Part shown: positions 61,508-64,000 of the stretch, piece by piece
Layout: each line of letters opens with the position of its first letter
Position numbering within the stretch: the stretch's first letter is position 1
Assembly: GCA_963731815.1 (NCBI GenBank)
Contig: CAVSWW010000011.1
Coordinates: 343,466-407,465, forward strand
Source of the DNA: an uncultured Acidimicrobiia bacterium
GTDB taxonomy: Bacteria > Actinomycetota > Acidimicrobiia > IMCC26256 > PALSA-555
Direction: 5' to 3'
Length of the DNA stretch: 64,000 nt
Made by a program: the position numbers and the translations under genes
The notes under the pieces: generated by a model
What the model was told of the DNA's origin: nothing
Databases searched by the model: none
What the model saw: only the letters and a program-made list of their open reading frames with translations

Positions 61508-62950
61508 TCAGGTGCCGGAGCGCTGCCAGGCCCGGCCGGTCGTTCGCCCGCCGGCCGGTGCCATGGCGCTTCCACGCCTCGGTCAGGCACGGTGCGCAAC
61601 GTGGACTCGATGATGTCGAGCTCGGCGTCGCCGGCGATCAGCGGCGGTGAGAGCTGCACGACCGGGTCGCCACGGTCGTCGGTGCGGCAGATCAGGCCGG
61701 CCTCGTACAAGGCGGGGCGAGAGGAACCCGCGCAGCAGGTCTCGGACTCGCTCGTCGTGAACGTCGCCTTCGTGTCGCTGGTCCGCGACGAGCTCGAGCG
61801 CCCAGGAAGTAGCCGGCGCCGCGGACGTCGCCGACGATCGGGATGTCGCGCAGGCCCTCGAGCCGCTCGCGGAAGCCGGCCTCGTTGCGGCGCACGTTCT
61901 CGAGCACGTCCTCCTCGCTCGAACACTCGAGGTTGGCGAGCCCGACCGCGCAGCTCACCGGGTGGCCGCCGAACGTGATGCCGTGCAGGAACGAGCTGTG
62001 CCCCTCGAGGAACGGCTCGGCCAGGTGGTCGCGGCAGATCACCGCGCCGAGCGGCGAGTAGCCGCTGGTGAGGCCCTTCGCGCACGTGATCATGTCGGGC
62101 AGGTAGTCGTACCGCGTCCGCGCCGAACCACTCGCCGAGCCGGCCGAACGCGCAGATCACCTCGTCGGAGACGAGCAGCACGCCGTACTGGTCGCAGATC
62201 TCGCGGACGCGCTGGAAGTAGCCCTCGGGCGGCACGAAGCAGCCGCCCGCGTTCTGCACCGGCTCGAGGTACACCGCGGCGACCGTCTCGGGCCCCTCCG
62301 CAGAGGATCGCCTCCTCGATCGCGTCGGTCACCGCGAGCATGAACGCCTTCGTCGTCCTCGCCCAGCGGGTGGCGGTAGCGGTTCGTGTTCATCGACGTG
62401 CGACGCGCCGGGCGTCAGCGGCTCGAACGGCGTCCGCAGCGCGGGGACGCCGGTGATCGCGAGCGCACCGAGCGTGGTGCCGTGGTACGCGGTCTCGCGC
62501 GCGATCACCTTGTAGCGCTGACCCTCGCCGCGCACGCGGAGGTACTGGCGCGCGAGCTTCCACGCCGACTCGACCGCTTCGGAGCCGCCGGTGGTGAAGA
62601 AGACGCGGTTGAGGTCGCCGGGCGCGAGCTCGGCGAGGCGCGCCGCGAGCTCGATCGCCGGCGGGTGCGCGTACTCCAGATCGGGAAGTACTCGAGCGTC
62701 TCGGCCTGCTCGCGCCGCGGCCTCGCGCGAGCTCGCGCCGACCGTGACCGAGCTGCACGGTGAAGAGCCCCGACAGGCCGTCGAGGTAGCGCTTGCCGTT
62801 CGCGTCCCAGACGTAGCAGCCCTCGCCGCGCGCGATGATCGGGACGTCGCGCCCGCCTGCGTACGCGCCGAGGCGGCTGAAGTGCATCCAGAGGTGACGG
62901 CGCGCCAGCTCCTCGAGCGTCGACGTCGTGGACGTGAGCGCTTGCGTCAC
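61508..62950 (-). pseudogene. class-III (omega) PLP aminotransferase, many frame breaks; 3-prime end uncertain
   Basis: GTG 62950 opens MTQALTSTTSTLEELARRHLWMHFSRLG..PIIARGEGCYVWDANGKRYLDGLSGLFTVQLGHGR. Later fragments are FFTTGGSEAVESAWKLARQY, KVIARETAYHGTTLGALAITG, VYLEPVQNAGGCFVPPEGYFQRVREICDQYGVLLVSDEVICAFGRLG, ITCAKGLTSGYSPLGAV, HGITFGGHPVSCAVGLANL and LICRTDDRGDPVVQLSPPLI. Candidate stops lie at 61508 or 61583. Confidence 0.75.
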
Positions 62951-63425
62951 TCATCGGGTACCCCATGCGTAGGTCTGCTTGTACAGACGGAGATAGGTGA
63001 AGGTCTCGGTCGCTGCGCACACCGGGGATGGCGCGGATCTTGTCGTTGAGCAGCGCGAGGAGGTGGTCGTCGTCCTCGCACACGACTTCGAGCAGCAGGT
63101 CGAACGAGCCGCCCACGATGACCACGTAGTCGACCTCGGGGATCGACGAGATCGTGTCGGCCGCGGCCGCGGAGGTCGCCCTCGACGCTCAGCCCGACCA
63201 TCGCCATGCGCCGGAACCCGAGCGTCAGCGGGTCGGTGACCGCGACGATCTGGGTGACGCCCGACTCGATGAGCCGCTGCACCCGCTGACGCACGGCGGC
63301 CTCGCGAGAGGCCGACCCGCGTGCGCGAGGCGCGTGTACGGCAGCCGACCGTCCTGCTGGAGCGCCTCGATGAGCGCCTTGTCGGTCTCGTCGAGGACGA
63401 CGGGGTCGGACGCCGACCGGGCCAT
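62951..63425 (-). pseudogene. Lrp/AsnC-family transcriptional regulator, about 3-4 frame breaks
   Basis: ATG 63425 opens MARSASDPVVLDETDKALIEALQQDGRLPYTRLA. It continues as AVGLSEAAVRQRVQRLIESGVTQIVAVTDPLTLGFRRMAMVGLSVEGDL / YVVIVGGSFDLLLEVVCEDDDHLLALLNDKIRAIPGV / TETFTYLRLYKQTYAWGTR in other frames. The stop abuts the aminotransferase start. Confidence 0.75.
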
Positions 63426-63567
63426 GCCCCGACGATGGCACGAGCGCGGGACCGCGCGCAAGGGATTCCGTGGTCTTTACCGCCGAGACACGTGGATTCC
63501 ACGGTTCGGGCGGGCCTGAACTGCGGATCACGTCGTAGCCGTGTGCCGGCCCTCCTAGGATGCCCTC

Positions 63568-64000
63568 GTGGTGCCACCCACACCCCCGCTCGCTCCGGGC
63601 TTTCGCACCGAGCCGCTCTGGCACGTCGGCGTCGAGCTCCCGGACGAGGTGCACGAGCGGCGACCGCTGCCCGCCGAGGCGGACGTCGCGATCGTCGGTG
63701 CCGGCTACTGCGGCGTGATGGCCGGGGCCCGGCTCGCCGAGCGTGGACGTGCGGCCGTCGTGCTCGAGGCCGACCCGATCGGCGTCGGCGCGAGCACCCG
63801 CAACGGCGGGATGGTCATCCCGGAGCTGAAGCACGGTCCCGAGTGGCTGACGGGCAAGTACGGGTCGCTCGGCGCGGAGCTGGTCGACTGCGTGTTCGAC
63901 GCCTTCGATCTCGTCGAGCGGCTCGTCGACGAGTGGTCGATCGACTGCGACTACGCGCGCACCGGCGGCCTGTTGCTCGCGCACCACGAGCGGCACGTCC
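63568..64000 (+). CDS. FAD-dependent oxidoreductase (DAO family), 5-prime part only; runs off the window
   Basis: GTG 63568 is the first start after the in-frame TAG at 63556-63558. It has the dinucleotide-binding motif DVAIVGAGYCGVMAGARLAERG and ASTRNGGM. It is not in the ORF track because no stop falls within the window. It is divergent from the lrp-like gene. Confidence 0.7.
   Translation, partial: MVPPTPPLAPGFRTEPLWHVGVELPDEVHERRPLPAEADVAIVGAGYCGVMAGARLAERGRAAVVLEADPIGVGASTRNGGMVIPELKHGPEWLTGKYGSLGAELVDCVFDAFDLVERLVDEWSIDCDYARTGGLLLAHHERHV

Overview
The window is a very GC-rich chromosomal segment (roughly 70% or higher by eye, not computed) with clear Actinomycetota gene content and order. 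No mobile elements, CRISPR arrays or rRNA genes were seen.

Housekeeping content:
- rpsF-ssb-rpsR-rplI-dnaB, preceded by a DUF5318-like gene, panB and a DUF192 gene.
- The HspR regulon: dnaK-grpE-dnaJ-hspR and clpB, each preceded by a HAIR-like TTGA-N11-TCAA operator.
- Most of the purine pathway: purA, purD, purB, purC, purS, purQ, purL, purF, purM.
- nucS, tag, dcd and a bldC-like gene.
- Five tRNAs: Gly-CCC, Phe-GAA, Asp-GTC, Glu-TTC, Lys-TTT.
- An OmpR-type two-component system.
- An ald / class-III aminotransferase / lrp / FAD-oxidoreductase cluster.

The most interesting region is 41.2-52.0 kb, an iniBAC-like dynamin module:
- Two translationally coupled dynamin-like GTPases. One is about 630 aa with a hydrophobic membrane hairpin, the other 488 aa without one.
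- Three upstream proteins that share an IniB-type N-terminal domain but carry unusual low-complexity tails. One tail is acidic and His-rich. The other two belong to tandem paralogs with Asn/Asp-rich repeats of about 18-20 residues.
- A divergently transcribed, membrane-anchored Hsp70 protein that has only the nucleotide-binding domain (NBD).
- A flanking large P-loop/LuxR (IniR-like) regulator.
- Together with the Rv0338c-like Fe-S reductase, dnaK, clpB and purA, the window echoes the M. tuberculosis Rv0338c-iniBAC-dnaK neighbourhood.

Second-tier items:
- Two tandem secreted glycine-rich paralogs that end in EPxFTG, next to tRNA-Gly(CCC).
- A DnaA-box cluster upstream of dnaB.
- A ribosomal protein S18 with a long acidic tail.

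Major caveat: the sequence as given contains well over 50 reading-frame breaks. These affect essential genes (dnaB, pur genes) and include a 1-nt deletion in the tRNA-Phe anticodon loop. They are concentrated in hot zones at 24.7-25.8, 28.6-35.0 and 60.35-63.4 kb, while dnaK, clpB, purF and the ABC1 kinase are intact. I read most of them as assembly or consensus indels rather than biology. Coordinates of the broken genes are therefore approximate.
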